Shown here in pieces: positions 1 to 9,400 of a DNA stretch of 31,770 nt; within the stretch, counting starts at the first letter, position 1; each line of letters opens with the position of its first letter. The notes beneath the pieces were generated by a model that was not told the origin of the DNA, searched no databases, and saw nothing but the letters and a program-made list of their open reading frames with translations. The stretch is from an uncultured archaeon (lineage in GTDB: Archaea > Asgardarchaeota > Lokiarchaeia > Sigyniarchaeales > Promethearchaeaceae): assembly GCA_964426185.1 (NCBI GenBank), contig CAYRPF010000015.1:17320-49089 (forward strand), in the 5' to 3' direction. A program made the translations under genes and the position numbers.

Positions 1-1439
1 TCTCTTTCTAAACGTTCACGTTCTAATCTCTCTCTTTCTAAGCGCTCTGCTTCATTAATTTCATCAATCCACTCTTTTAGTTTTAACTGTGTTCGTTCTT
101 TTTCTCTTAAGCTGAGTCCTAAACCGGAAGTTTCTTTACGAAATATATTTACCAATTTACTGAGCTCCCAAATATGTTTAGAATTGAAGGAAATTTTCTG
201 AATAGCATTTCTGGCTTCATCAAAACGATCACCAATAGAACGTGCTTCGTAATCTAAGTCTACAATATCATTTAAATGCTTTAATATATCTTTTATTGAA
301 GAAGTAGATGGTATTGGAGGAAGCGCTTTTCCTTCTTCTACTTTAGGTTTTTTCATTACATCAAGTTCAAAATTGGCAGCATGTTGAGTGGGACCTCTTT
401 GATAATTAGTTAAATCAACGGTATTTTGAATGGAATTCTTGTCCACATCTTGTTCAGTAAGGGCCATTGGACGAATATTAGAAAGCTTAGATTGAATTCC
501 CCATGATTCTAAGGTTTTCCGTGGATGTGATTTGTCCCATTGAATCTGATGAGAATATTCAGGAGCGGTTGCAAAAATACCTGGGATAATTTGAGAAGGA
601 TCCAATAGACCCTTTAAATCTGCATATTTTGTGTTCAATAATGTTTTCCATAGATTGAATCCATTTTCTAAATATTCTATTGGATAAGCCGGATTTAATG
701 AAATCTTCCTAAAAACCGATTCTATAGTGATTATTGATTTATTTATTGCTTGAATTTCTTGAGAAGTAAAAGTTTTAGATAAAATAAAATCTGCATTCGC
801 TGCAATGAAGGCGATTCCAGCAGTGGGATGAAGAAATTCTTGTTTAATTTCCGGAGAAAGAGATTCTGATAGATAAATTATGCTGAAATCGGTATGTGTG
901 GCCATTAAAAGAGCATGTTTGGCGCGATTAAATTGGAATGTAGGAACATTTTGAAGATGATCGATAAATTTCAAAAAAATTTCCTTAAATGGTATAAAAA
1001 TTTCGCGATTCAAAACACCATAAATAAAAGATAGTTGATTTTCAGTTTTATCACCTTGATCGATTGGAAATACCACACTAAATGCTAATTCTTTTAAAGT
1101 TATCTTTGGATCTTGAATTGCAGAGATTTTTGACGAATTTAATAAATACTGATACACAAAATCTGAGATAACCAACCCTGTTAATCTTCGATAGTCAATT
1201 ATATAATTCTCATCTCCAATTTGAAATTTAGTGTAATAAAATCCAATTCCAAAGAGATAATGTCGAATTTCGCCTTCTTCAATGAATGTACATTCAAAAT
1301 TGGACAGAAATATAACAGGATCATGCAAAAGATTCGTAACCTTACGATTTTTGTATGTTCCTAACACTGGATATCCCAATAATTTTCCCCAACTAGGAAT
1401 TAGTATTAATTTAGATTGCATGAAGATTCTCTTTTGCAT
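1..1439 (-). CDS. Hypothetical protein, truncated by window edge; globular N-terminal region followed by (ERLER)n charged repeats
   Basis: Not in the ORF track; read manually. ATG at 1439 (alternative 1421) after AAGGGG, with an in-frame stop upstream at 1476-1478. Open frame MQKRIFMQSKLILIPSWGKLLGYPVLG...KEWIDEINEAERLERERLERERLER to the window edge. Confidence 0.85.
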   Translation of the reverse strand, partial: MQKRIFMQSKLILIPSWGKLLGYPVLGTYKNRKVTNLLHDPVIFLSNFECTFIEEGEIRHYLFGIGFYYTKFQIGDENYIIDYRRLTGLVISDFVYQYLLNSSKISAIQDPKITLKELAFSVVFPIDQGDKTENQLSFIYGVLNREIFIPFKEIFLKFIDHLQNVPTFQFNRAKHALLMATHTDFSIIYLSESLSPEIKQEFLHPTAGIAFIAANADFILSKTFTSQEIQAINKSIITIESVFRKISLNPAYPIEYLENGFNLWKTLLNTKYADLKGLLDPSQIIPGIFATAPEYSHQIQWDKSHPRKTLESWGIQSKLSNIRPMALTEQDVDKNSIQNTVDLTNYQRGPTQHAANFELDVMKKPKVEEGKALPPIPSTSSIKDILKHLNDIVDLDYEARSIGDRFDEARNAIQKISFNSKHIWELSKLVNIFRKETSGLGLSLREKERTQLKLKEWIDEINEAERLERERLERERLER

Positions 1440-1632
1440 GGCAAACCCCTTGATATTGATGGAATTCTCTCTTTTTTAGATCACTGTCACTCTACATCAA
1501 ATTAAGGAAATTTCAATAGAATTAGTTGCATTTCCCATTTAGAATATAAAATACAGCTCCCGTTCGATTCACTTTATTATTTATTTGCAAAGGATGTATT
1601 TATTTGTATTCCCCGAATGAATCACATAACTG

Positions 1633-2919
1633 ATGCCTTCAAAAAAACCTGAATTACTAGTTCCTCTTAATGGATGGAAAACTCTTCACAATTCTTCCAC
1701 TGTTTTAGATTCAGCAGATGCATTTTATTTTGGCCTACAGACAAATTTCAGTATGCGTGCACGAGCAGATAATTTTCCCATTAAAGATCTTCTGAAACTG
1801 ATAGAAATGGTGCACGATCGCGGTAAGAAATGCTATTTAACCACAAATATTCTAATTTACAATACAGAAATGGTCGAACTATATCAAACAATTCAGTTAG
1901 CCCATGAATCCGGAGTAGATGCAATTATCTGCCACGATTTAGCCGCGATTCTTATTGCTAAAGAAGTTGGTATTCCATTCCATGTTTCTACTCAAGCTAA
2001 TATTTCTAATCTACTAAGTGCCAAATTTTATCAAGAATTGGGGGCAGATAGGTTGATTTTGGCTCGGGAACTTGATTTGAATGATATTAAGGAAATTGCA
2101 TCAAAATTAGATATCCCCATTGAAACATTTGTTCATGGTGCAATGTGTACGGCTGTAAGTGGGCGATGTTATCTATCGGCAGAATTAATGGGTTTCAATC
2201 CAGATTTTTCCGCAAACCGCGGTAAATGTGTTCAACCGTGTCGTCGAAATTATACCTTGGAATTTACCGGTGAAGAAAATGAAAAAATAGATTTTGAGCC
2301 TTATTCGGGAATGTTTTTTAATGCTAAAGATCTTTGCATGATTGGGCATATCTCTGAGCTAATTGAAGCTGGAATCAGTTCTTTCAAAGTTGAAGGTCGA
2401 ATGCGAGATCCTGAATATATCGAAACAACCGCTAAATGCTATCGAGAAGCTATTGATTCTTATTTTAATGGAACGTATTCCCAAAAACGGGTTGATGAAT
2501 GGTTATCCCGATTAAGTAAAGTGTTTAATCGTGGTTTTCACTTAGGATTTTATTTCTCAAAACCAGGTTCAGATGATATTGAGCGAACAATTCGAGGAAA
2601 TCAAGCCAAATTACGGAAAATCCAAATAGGAAAGGTTACTAATTATTATCCAGCAGCAAGTGCCGTAGAGGTGCAACTTTTCCAAAACCACCTTGAAATA
2701 GGCGATACGATCATTTTTGAGAATAAAAATGGTTTCTATCATAAACAGCAAGTAAAATCTCTTCAAATCGAAGGAGAATCAATAACAAATACCAAAAAAA
2801 TGAGCACAACTCAACCGATAATCGTGGGAATTAAAGTTTCAAAAAAAATACCAAATACCGCCGTGATTTATAAATTCATAAAAAAAACAACCTCGAAAAT
2901 GAAAAAAAAAATTGATTAA
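1633..2919 (+). CDS. Peptidase U32 family Fe-S protein (TrhP/YegQ-like, probable RNA hydroxylase)
   Basis: Motifs HVSTQAN, ILAREL, ETFVHGAMCTAVSGRCYLS, NRGKCVQPCR, KDLC and KVEGR; C-terminal beta-barrel region. Confidence 0.88.
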   Translation: MPSKKPELLVPLNGWKTLHNSSTVLDSADAFYFGLQTNFSMRARADNFPIKDLLKLIEMVHDRGKKCYLTTNILIYNTEMVELYQTIQLAHESGVDAIICHDLAAILIAKEVGIPFHVSTQANISNLLSAKFYQELGADRLILARELDLNDIKEIASKLDIPIETFVHGAMCTAVSGRCYLSAELMGFNPDFSANRGKCVQPCRRNYTLEFTGEENEKIDFEPYSGMFFNAKDLCMIGHISELIEAGISSFKVEGRMRDPEYIETTAKCYREAIDSYFNGTYSQKRVDEWLSRLSKVFNRGFHLGFYFSKPGSDDIERTIRGNQAKLRKIQIGKVTNYYPAASAVEVQLFQNHLEIGDTIIFENKNGFYHKQQVKSLQIEGESITNTKKMSTTQPIIVGIKVSKKIPNTAVIYKFIKKTTSKMKKKID

Positions 2920-3248
2920 TAGGTTTCTCTCAATATTTGGATTAATGGTTGAGATAAATTTCACGATGGTTTGATTTCTCTATTACTTTATTAATTTTTG
3001 GGAGCTTGCTTCTTAATTTTTTTTGATTTTCTTGCATTTGCTTGTAAAATTTTTCATATTTCATATATTTTATATGTAAAAAATTTGTCATGATTTTATC
3101 ACCTCATTTTCTATTAAATAGCTAATTATATCAATGTCGATTTTTCCGGATATGATGATCTATTTCAGCCTTGATATGATCATTTCAATAAGTTTTTTTA
3201 ACTGTTTTGCTTTAATCTTGATAACTACTTACGAGTGATGCAGACAAA

Positions 3249-3701
3249 ATGTCTTTCGAGAAACCCAACATTGATTCAATTGATCGTCATATTATTAAGT
3301 TATTGCAACAAGATGCAAGAACATCATATCGTAGCATTGCCGAGAAAATTGGAAAAACCGAAGCAACGGTTCGTAGAAGAGTAACCCGCTTATTGAAAGA
3401 TGGTATCATTAAAAGATTCACAATTGTGCTTGATGATCAGAAGCTTGATAATCCAACCAGAGCAACTATCAAAATACAGCCAGATCTTAATCAAATCAAA
3501 AAAATAACTCGTGAACTCGAAAATATACCAGAAATAACTGATATTTGGAGGTTATCAGGAGATTGTGGTATATTTGTTCGATGTGAACTTCCTTCCTTAG
3601 AATACTTGGATCCCTTAATTGAAGATAAGATCTCAAAAATATCTGGAATATCTATAAAAGAAACATGCTTTGTAACAAAAGAAGTTAAAACAAAATATTA
3701 G
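3249..3701 (+). CDS. Lrp/AsnC family transcriptional regulator
   Basis: IDSIDRHIIKLLQQDARTSYRSIAEKIGKTEATVRRRVTRL HTH followed by a RAM domain. Confidence 0.93.
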   Translation: MSFEKPNIDSIDRHIIKLLQQDARTSYRSIAEKIGKTEATVRRRVTRLLKDGIIKRFTIVLDDQKLDNPTRATIKIQPDLNQIKKITRELENIPEITDIWRLSGDCGIFVRCELPSLEYLDPLIEDKISKISGISIKETCFVTKEVKTKY

Positions 3702-3762
3702 TATAACTTTTTTTCTTCTTTAAATCGCAAAATTCATAATCAATCGAAGGCTTACAATCACA

Positions 3763-4593
3763 ATGCTGAATCGAAACCCTTTTCCAGAACCGGGTGAATT
3801 AGTAATATGTCGTGTTATTAATATTCAACGCGGTTATGTACAAGTAGAACTTGAAGATTATGCAGGGCTTCCACATGAAGAGCGAGCGCAAGGTATGGTT
3901 CACATTAGTGAATTAAGCAATCGTTGGGTCAAAAACATAAATTCATTGATCTCAATTGGTCAACGATTGGTCCTACAAGTTGTTCGGGTTAATAAAGATC
4001 GAGGATATTTAGATTTAAGTCTCCGCCGTGTAAATAAAATTCAGCGAACAACTGTGATGAATCAATGGCGTTACGCAATCAAATTGGAAGGATTACTGAA
4101 TTTCTTTGCAGAACAGCATAACATGACCCTTATGGAACTCTATGAGAAAGCAATTTGGGCATTAATTGATAATTATGGAGATATTCGTTCAGCATTTGAA
4201 GCAATCAAAGAAGATGGTATTGAAGCCTTAAGTTCCACACCTGGATTGGAAATTTCAGAAGAATTACAGAAAGAATTATACAAACTAATTGTTGAAAATA
4301 TCACAATTTCAAAGGTCAATCTGCAAGTTGAATTCGATATTCGTTCCTATCTTGGAAATGGGGTTGAAATAATAAAAGATGCGTTTAATGCGGTGAATAA
4401 GATACGGAAACCTAAAGGTGTAGAGATTTCATTTGCTTATATTGGAGCTCCTATTTATCGAATGAATTTAGAAGCAAAAGATTACATCACTGCAGAAAAA
4501 TTCCTTGAAAAAGTTCATACCAAATTCCAAGAAACTATCGGTAATGCAGGTACTGTACAATTATTAAGGGAAGATCTTTCAAACGAGCAATAA
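3763..4593 (+). CDS. eif2a: Translation initiation factor 2 subunit alpha (aIF-2alpha)
   Basis: PEPGELVIC S1 domain, HISELSNRWVKNI, GYLDLSLRRV, YIGAPIYR; adjacent to nop10. Confidence 0.96.
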   Translation: MLNRNPFPEPGELVICRVINIQRGYVQVELEDYAGLPHEERAQGMVHISELSNRWVKNINSLISIGQRLVLQVVRVNKDRGYLDLSLRRVNKIQRTTVMNQWRYAIKLEGLLNFFAEQHNMTLMELYEKAIWALIDNYGDIRSAFEAIKEDGIEALSSTPGLEISEELQKELYKLIVENITISKVNLQVEFDIRSYLGNGVEIIKDAFNAVNKIRKPKGVEISFAYIGAPIYRMNLEAKDYITAEKFLEKVHTKFQETIGNAGTVQLLREDLSNEQ

Positions 4594-4620
4594 GTAATAT
4601 ACAAGCAGAGAGCATAATAA

Positions 4621-4818
4621 ATGACACACCATCTACAAAAATGCCCGCATTGTCATAAATATACTTTAGACCACAAATGCCCTCAATGTAAATTACCTAC
4701 TGAAAATGTTCATCCTCCTAAATTTTCACTCCAAGATAAATATCAAAAATATAGGTTATCGTACTTTCGTGAAAAAATGAAAATCAAAATTCAAAATCTC
4801 TGCATGAAGCAAAATTAG
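4621..4818 (+). CDS. nop10: H/ACA RNP protein Nop10
   Basis: CxxC..YTL..CPxC Zn ribbon and HPPKFSLQDKYQKYR; conserved position after aIF-2alpha. Confidence 0.95.
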   Translation: MTHHLQKCPHCHKYTLDHKCPQCKLPTENVHPPKFSLQDKYQKYRLSYFREKMKIKIQNLCMKQN

Positions 4819-4822
4819 GAAA

Positions 4823-6034
4823 TCAAATTTCTTCAGGTGAGAATATTTTTTTTATTAAATTTTCTGCAGATGCAAAATACTCTGTATTTCCGGACCACTT
4901 TGCTAAATAATCAGCATATTTTTCTTCAAAACTTTGGCAAAATTCTCTTATTTTTTTCCGGATAGTTATACTGTCTTCTGTTACGAATAAAGCTATCGTG
5001 CAATTCTCTCCAAACTCAAAAATTATACTTGTTTCATCAGTATGTATTACATCTGTTTTCGATTCATTTGAAGCTGTAATTTCTTGAGTGATCATATTTA
5101 TTGTTAACAATAAACTTGTAGTTAGATCTTCATCTGTGACGGTTTTTGTCAAAGTCTTCTGTGTTTGGAATTCATATCCAAACAAGCAAAGTCCAGTTTG
5201 ATGTATTACCAAAAGTTTTTTCAGATAATTATACCAAGTGAATTCATTCAATGAAGGAAGGAAAAAAAAAGCAATAGCTAATAGAAAAATACCACTCATT
5301 TGAATTAAATCTCCTACTAACCGACCACTTAAATCGATATTGGGAATATCTGAAGTAGAAAAAAAGACTTGACTGATTAAAAACCCAAATATAAATAGAA
5401 AAAACCCCAAAAAAAGTCCAAAGAATGGATATCGAAATGTTCTAAATTTTTTTGTCTGTACGTATGTAACTAAACCATATTGAAACAATAGAATAAACGT
5501 TAATGGGATCACCAAAAATAGAAAAAACAAGGTTATTTGCGAATATACTAAAGTAAAAATTAAGATTACAACAGACAATAGCCCAAACCCATAAGAAAAT
5601 AAATAACGATTCGATTTCAATTCACTCGACTCCAGTGAATAGCTAAAAAGCGTAATGGAGAGAACAAATTCCAGATTACGCCCATAAATGAAAACTAGTC
5701 TGATATTTTCATTCTTTAAATAAAAATCTCCAATTATTTGAAAGATCATCATATTTCCTATTAAAAAAAACATTAATCCCCAGCTCAATTCACGAACTTG
5801 TAGCAAATGCAAAACATTATTGATTTTTTTGAAATATTTGCTTTTTTTTTTCCAGAATTTGGTAGAATATAGAAGAGAATTCGAATTATCTTTTAATGCA
5901 CGATTTTTTTGCGACTTTTTTTCAGAAAACTGGTGGAAAAAGAGCAAAAAAAATTCCAAACATAAAAAGGCAATTGCAATTTCAAGAGAAAGCGATAATA
6001 AAATAGAAAGTGAGTCAAATTCGATAAGGATCAT
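4823..6034 (-). CDS. Multi-pass (~7 TM) membrane protein with C-terminal longin-like domain
   Basis: About 7 hydrophobic segments, then LLVIHQTGLCLFGYEF..DEDLTTSLLLTINMITQEI..IIFEFGENCTIALFV..IREFCQSFEEKYADYLAKWSGNTEYF, a typical Asgard longin pattern. Confidence 0.8.
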   Translation of the reverse strand: MILIEFDSLSILLSLSLEIAIAFLCLEFFLLFFHQFSEKKSQKNRALKDNSNSLLYSTKFWKKKSKYFKKINNVLHLLQVRELSWGLMFFLIGNMMIFQIIGDFYLKNENIRLVFIYGRNLEFVLSITLFSYSLESSELKSNRYLFSYGFGLLSVVILIFTLVYSQITLFFLFLVIPLTFILLFQYGLVTYVQTKKFRTFRYPFFGLFLGFFLFIFGFLISQVFFSTSDIPNIDLSGRLVGDLIQMSGIFLLAIAFFFLPSLNEFTWYNYLKKLLVIHQTGLCLFGYEFQTQKTLTKTVTDEDLTTSLLLTINMITQEITASNESKTDVIHTDETSIIFEFGENCTIALFVTEDSITIRKKIREFCQSFEEKYADYLAKWSGNTEYFASAENLIKKIFSPEEI

Positions 6035-6090
6035 TTGGGGTTCATTTTTTTTTCATTTTTTATAGTTTTTTTTTGGAATAATTATCCATA

Positions 6091-7215
6091 TTATGAAAAT
6101 AAAATTTGATAAATTCTCGGTAAGAATAAATTGAAATTTTCATGGGATTCAACTAAATCCTTTTTTCTAGATAATAAATAGTAGTATTCGTAATAAAATT
6201 CAATCAGAATTCTCCAAAGGATTTTAGAATATATAGGAAAACTCTTTGACGCGCGTAATACTCCTATAAGATTTTTATAATATAAAACAATAAATTGGGA
6301 ATTCTCTCGCTTAATGTTAATGCTTTCGGTGAATTTCAATGGTTGATCTTCAATAAGTTGAAAAATATCTTCTAATGCACGAATTGATGAAGGTATTAGA
6401 GAATTTTTTTCAGTATTTTTCGGTGAAAATTGCCGATAAATTAAGATTTCACGCGTTTCCAAGTGAATAATTTCAATATCAAGAATAGAGGCACGCCAAT
6501 CGGCATCAGTTAGGGTTTTAATTTTAAATACGGCATGAAATTGAAGGAATGCACCCAAAAAGTGAGTAATATAAAGTAAGAAAAATGTTCCATCCCAATT
6601 TATTAATGGAATTATCAATTTGCTAAAAGTAATTATGTTTATCACTCCAAAAATAAAACCAAACATTAATTTAAGAAGTTCTGCTTTTAACTGGCGAGAA
6701 CTCTTTCTACATAACCAAAACCAATAATAAAAGATGAATAAATTAATGATATTAAAGAGAATGAGGGATAATAATCCCAAAGCAGTATTTTTCCAGCGAA
6801 TAATAGAAATAAAAATGAAAATGAATGAAATAGAAGAAAATATATAAGGAAAATTGGAAATAATTGTGAGATTTCGTTCAAAAATTAAACTTGCACCAAA
6901 ACCTCCAATACCTAATGAATACCAACCAATAATATAAAAATATTCATTGTCCCAACCTGGAAATAGATCCCATATTAAAAATCGATCTAATGAGAGAAAC
7001 ACAAATCCTAAAATATAAGCCAATTGAAGGAATCCATAAGCAAAAAGAATTTGACTGGTAAAGGGAGAACTTTTTTTATAAATAAAACTGCGATATAGAG
7101 CAATACCAGCAGCCTGTAGATATAAAATAATAATGAGAAAAGAAATTGGTATAAAAAAACCGAGATTTGGGGAAGTTGGAAAATATATTTCCAGAATCAT
7201 TGTCAACAATTCCAC
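6091..7215 (-). CDS. Multi-pass (~7 TM) membrane protein with divergent C-terminal longin-like domain
   Basis: Same architecture as the neighbouring gene: TM block, then W..SILDIEIIHLETREILIYRQF..LIPSSIRALEDIF..FIVLYYKNLIGVL. Confidence 0.65.
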   Translation of the reverse strand: MELLTMILEIYFPTSPNLGFFIPISFLIIILYLQAAGIALYRSFIYKKSSPFTSQILFAYGFLQLAYILGFVFLSLDRFLIWDLFPGWDNEYFYIIGWYSLGIGGFGASLIFERNLTIISNFPYIFSSISFIFIFISIIRWKNTALGLLSLILFNIINLFIFYYWFWLCRKSSRQLKAELLKLMFGFIFGVINIITFSKLIIPLINWDGTFFLLYITHFLGAFLQFHAVFKIKTLTDADWRASILDIEIIHLETREILIYRQFSPKNTEKNSLIPSSIRALEDIFQLIEDQPLKFTESINIKRENSQFIVLYYKNLIGVLRASKSFPIYSKILWRILIEFYYEYYYLLSRKKDLVESHENFNLFLPRIYQILFS

Positions 7216-7221
7216 ATTATT

Positions 7222-8082
7222 TTATGAACGTAAAAGTTCAACCATATTTTCTTCATGGAAAATCTCAGCATTTGTAATTGGTATAAACGCAATTTCTCCT
7301 TTTTTAATGGGCCCATAAACGGTGAAATCAATACCTACAAATGGTTCAATCTTTTTGGTTGCTAATATTCTTTGAAATTGGATATTATCCATAGAAATAG
7401 ATAATTTTCGATCTAAAGACGTAGAAATAGGTGAATCATCAGTTATAAAAATGGAATTTAAGGGTTCTTGACTAATTTTTTCAATTTCTATACTATCCGA
7501 ATTTAATTCTTCAGAATCGATGTCTGCAATAGATGTCATTTCGGAATTTTTTATGTTGAGTGAACTATCACTATGAATTTCGGTTTTATTATTTAAATCT
7601 TCTCCATCTAAGTTAGATTCTGGGAACGAAATAAAATTATTCGGACTTCGCAATGGTTGTAATATCTGTTGTTTAGCTTTGGAAATTCCTCTAAATGCAG
7701 GATGCAACTGTTGGTAAAACCTTTTTTCAAAGCTAAATAAGGTTTCTTCCTGAATTGGTTCATTATGTTGAGCAGCTTTAATTATTTTTTCTTCTCGAAT
7801 TGCTAAAAAATCTGAGATCATATATTGAATATTGGCAAGAGATTTCTGAATTATCAACTGAATAGTTAAATTCTCGGCTTCTTTCAGTTGTCGTCGGAGT
7901 TCATTGCCTAAAAGACGGATTTGGGGAAAAAATCTTTCTTGATCAATAAGTTTCTGCAATTTTTTGGATGAATGTGCTCGTTTCCAAGCTCGAAATAGTT
8001 GATTATATATTTTTTCTTGAGTTATTCCATCCATTTTTATTGCTTCCGATTCTGATTTAATCATTTGTGGTTGAATTATCAC
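7222..8082 (-). CDS. gins51: GINS complex subunit Gins51 (Gins15) with long acidic linker
   Basis: Helical A domain (AWKRA..LQKL..LAIREEKII..LFSFEKRFY) and C-terminal B domain (KIEPFVGIDFTVYGPIKKGEIAFIPITNAEIF); directly downstream of priS. Start may be a later ATG. Confidence 0.88.
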   Translation of the reverse strand: MIIQPQMIKSESEAIKMDGITQEKIYNQLFRAWKRAHSSKKLQKLIDQERFFPQIRLLGNELRRQLKEAENLTIQLIIQKSLANIQYMISDFLAIREEKIIKAAQHNEPIQEETLFSFEKRFYQQLHPAFRGISKAKQQILQPLRSPNNFISFPESNLDGEDLNNKTEIHSDSSLNIKNSEMTSIADIDSEELNSDSIEIEKISQEPLNSIFITDDSPISTSLDRKLSISMDNIQFQRILATKKIEPFVGIDFTVYGPIKKGEIAFIPITNAEIFHEENMVELLRS

Positions 8083-8119
8083 TTTTGCTTGCCAATGTTA
8101 TGTATGCATTCAATTTTTA

Positions 8120-9394
8120 TTAATTTTTTATTAATTCCGCGACATCTTTGCACAAAAGAAAAATTCCAACATTTAATGGAAGCGTATATTCTTGACCATG
8201 AATTAAATTATCATATATCTTATTTCCAATGCGTATTGGAGGGCAAATTGGCGCGGTAATCTTCAGAGTTAACCGATTGGGGCTATTTTGTGGAAATGTA
8301 AGAGCATCAACTAAGGGATCAAACTCATCCAATTTATCATAGGGAACATCCACCACTCTTAATCCTGCTTTTCCATGTATTGACCCTTCTAAGCGGATTA
8401 AACGATGAAGATCGATTGAAACCACCACATCTATGTCAGCTTTAATTCGATCCCGTAAAATCTCGAAAATACGATGCCAAGTAGCAAGACCTACATGGGG
8501 AATTCCCCAAATGCGATTCTTAGATTCGATTCGATGCATTAATTCTAATCTTTGGTCGATAATATGGTGTAAAACATTAGAGCGAATCGGAGTTCCATAT
8601 CGCGGCTTGGTAAAGACTTCTTGAATGGCATTTTTTCCTTTTGCCAAGACTTGATAGAATTCATACGCAATTTTTCCCGGCCATCCAGGTTGATCAATAG
8701 TAAATCCAACCATATTCGCTTGAATGGTTTTAAAATTCCAAACATTATAAGAAAAACCTTGGCCTGTAACATAATCTGCAATCTCTCTTCTTTCTTCTTG
8801 ATCTAAAGCACGAAAAACTTCCGATTCTATGCGAACATGATAACCACGGTGACCAGAAAAGTTGAGTTTAATCGCAGAAAGAGGAATATTAAAATCTTTT
8901 AGTAAAAATCCGTCAATCAAGTGATGAACTTGTTCTTTCGAAATATTTAGGCATTCATCACAGATCCAAACCACCTTTTTAAATTTCTTATTATGGCAAT
9001 CGGGACATTCTTCAGGTTTATCCCCTATCAGTAATTTACCACAATTTTTGCACATTACGTAATTGTGAGTATGCTGACAAGAAGTAGGAATATGATCTGA
9101 ATCAATATCTACCACGAAATCACAACCTAAATACCCTTTATTCTCCATTTTATCTGCAGATGGAATAGAATAAATACTGGCACTGCGGTAACTATGCCTT
9201 GGAGCATATTTTATCAAATAATTTAATAGAAAAGATTTATCAGGATAACCAATATGTCTTTGCATTCCCGGATAATCCCAGCGAATAAAGGCAAATTCTC
9301 TTTGATTTAAGTTGCTTATCGCTGGGTAATCGTTAAAATGCGACTTGTAATATGCTTGAAACAATTTTTGTAAGTATAATTGGGTTAAATTCAT
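8120..9394 (-). CDS. priS: DNA primase small (catalytic) subunit
   Basis: QREFAF, DFVVDID, FSGHRGYHV, DVVVSIDLHRLIRLEGSIHGK. Confidence 0.96.
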   Translation of the reverse strand: MNLTQLYLQKLFQAYYKSHFNDYPAISNLNQREFAFIRWDYPGMQRHIGYPDKSFLLNYLIKYAPRHSYRSASIYSIPSADKMENKGYLGCDFVVDIDSDHIPTSCQHTHNYVMCKNCGKLLIGDKPEECPDCHNKKFKKVVWICDECLNISKEQVHHLIDGFLLKDFNIPLSAIKLNFSGHRGYHVRIESEVFRALDQEERREIADYVTGQGFSYNVWNFKTIQANMVGFTIDQPGWPGKIAYEFYQVLAKGKNAIQEVFTKPRYGTPIRSNVLHHIIDQRLELMHRIESKNRIWGIPHVGLATWHRIFEILRDRIKADIDVVVSIDLHRLIRLEGSIHGKAGLRVVDVPYDKLDEFDPLVDALTFPQNSPNRLTLKITAPICPPIRIGNKIYDNLIHGQEYTLPLNVGIFLLCKDVAELIKN

Positions 9395-9400
9395 AACAGA

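Noticed and set aside
3149-3200. C-box-like ATGATGA and GATATGAT direct repeat upstream of lrp (C/D sRNA?)
   Set aside because: No properly placed CTGA D box or terminal stem; could be chance or an Lrp site, but unsupported.
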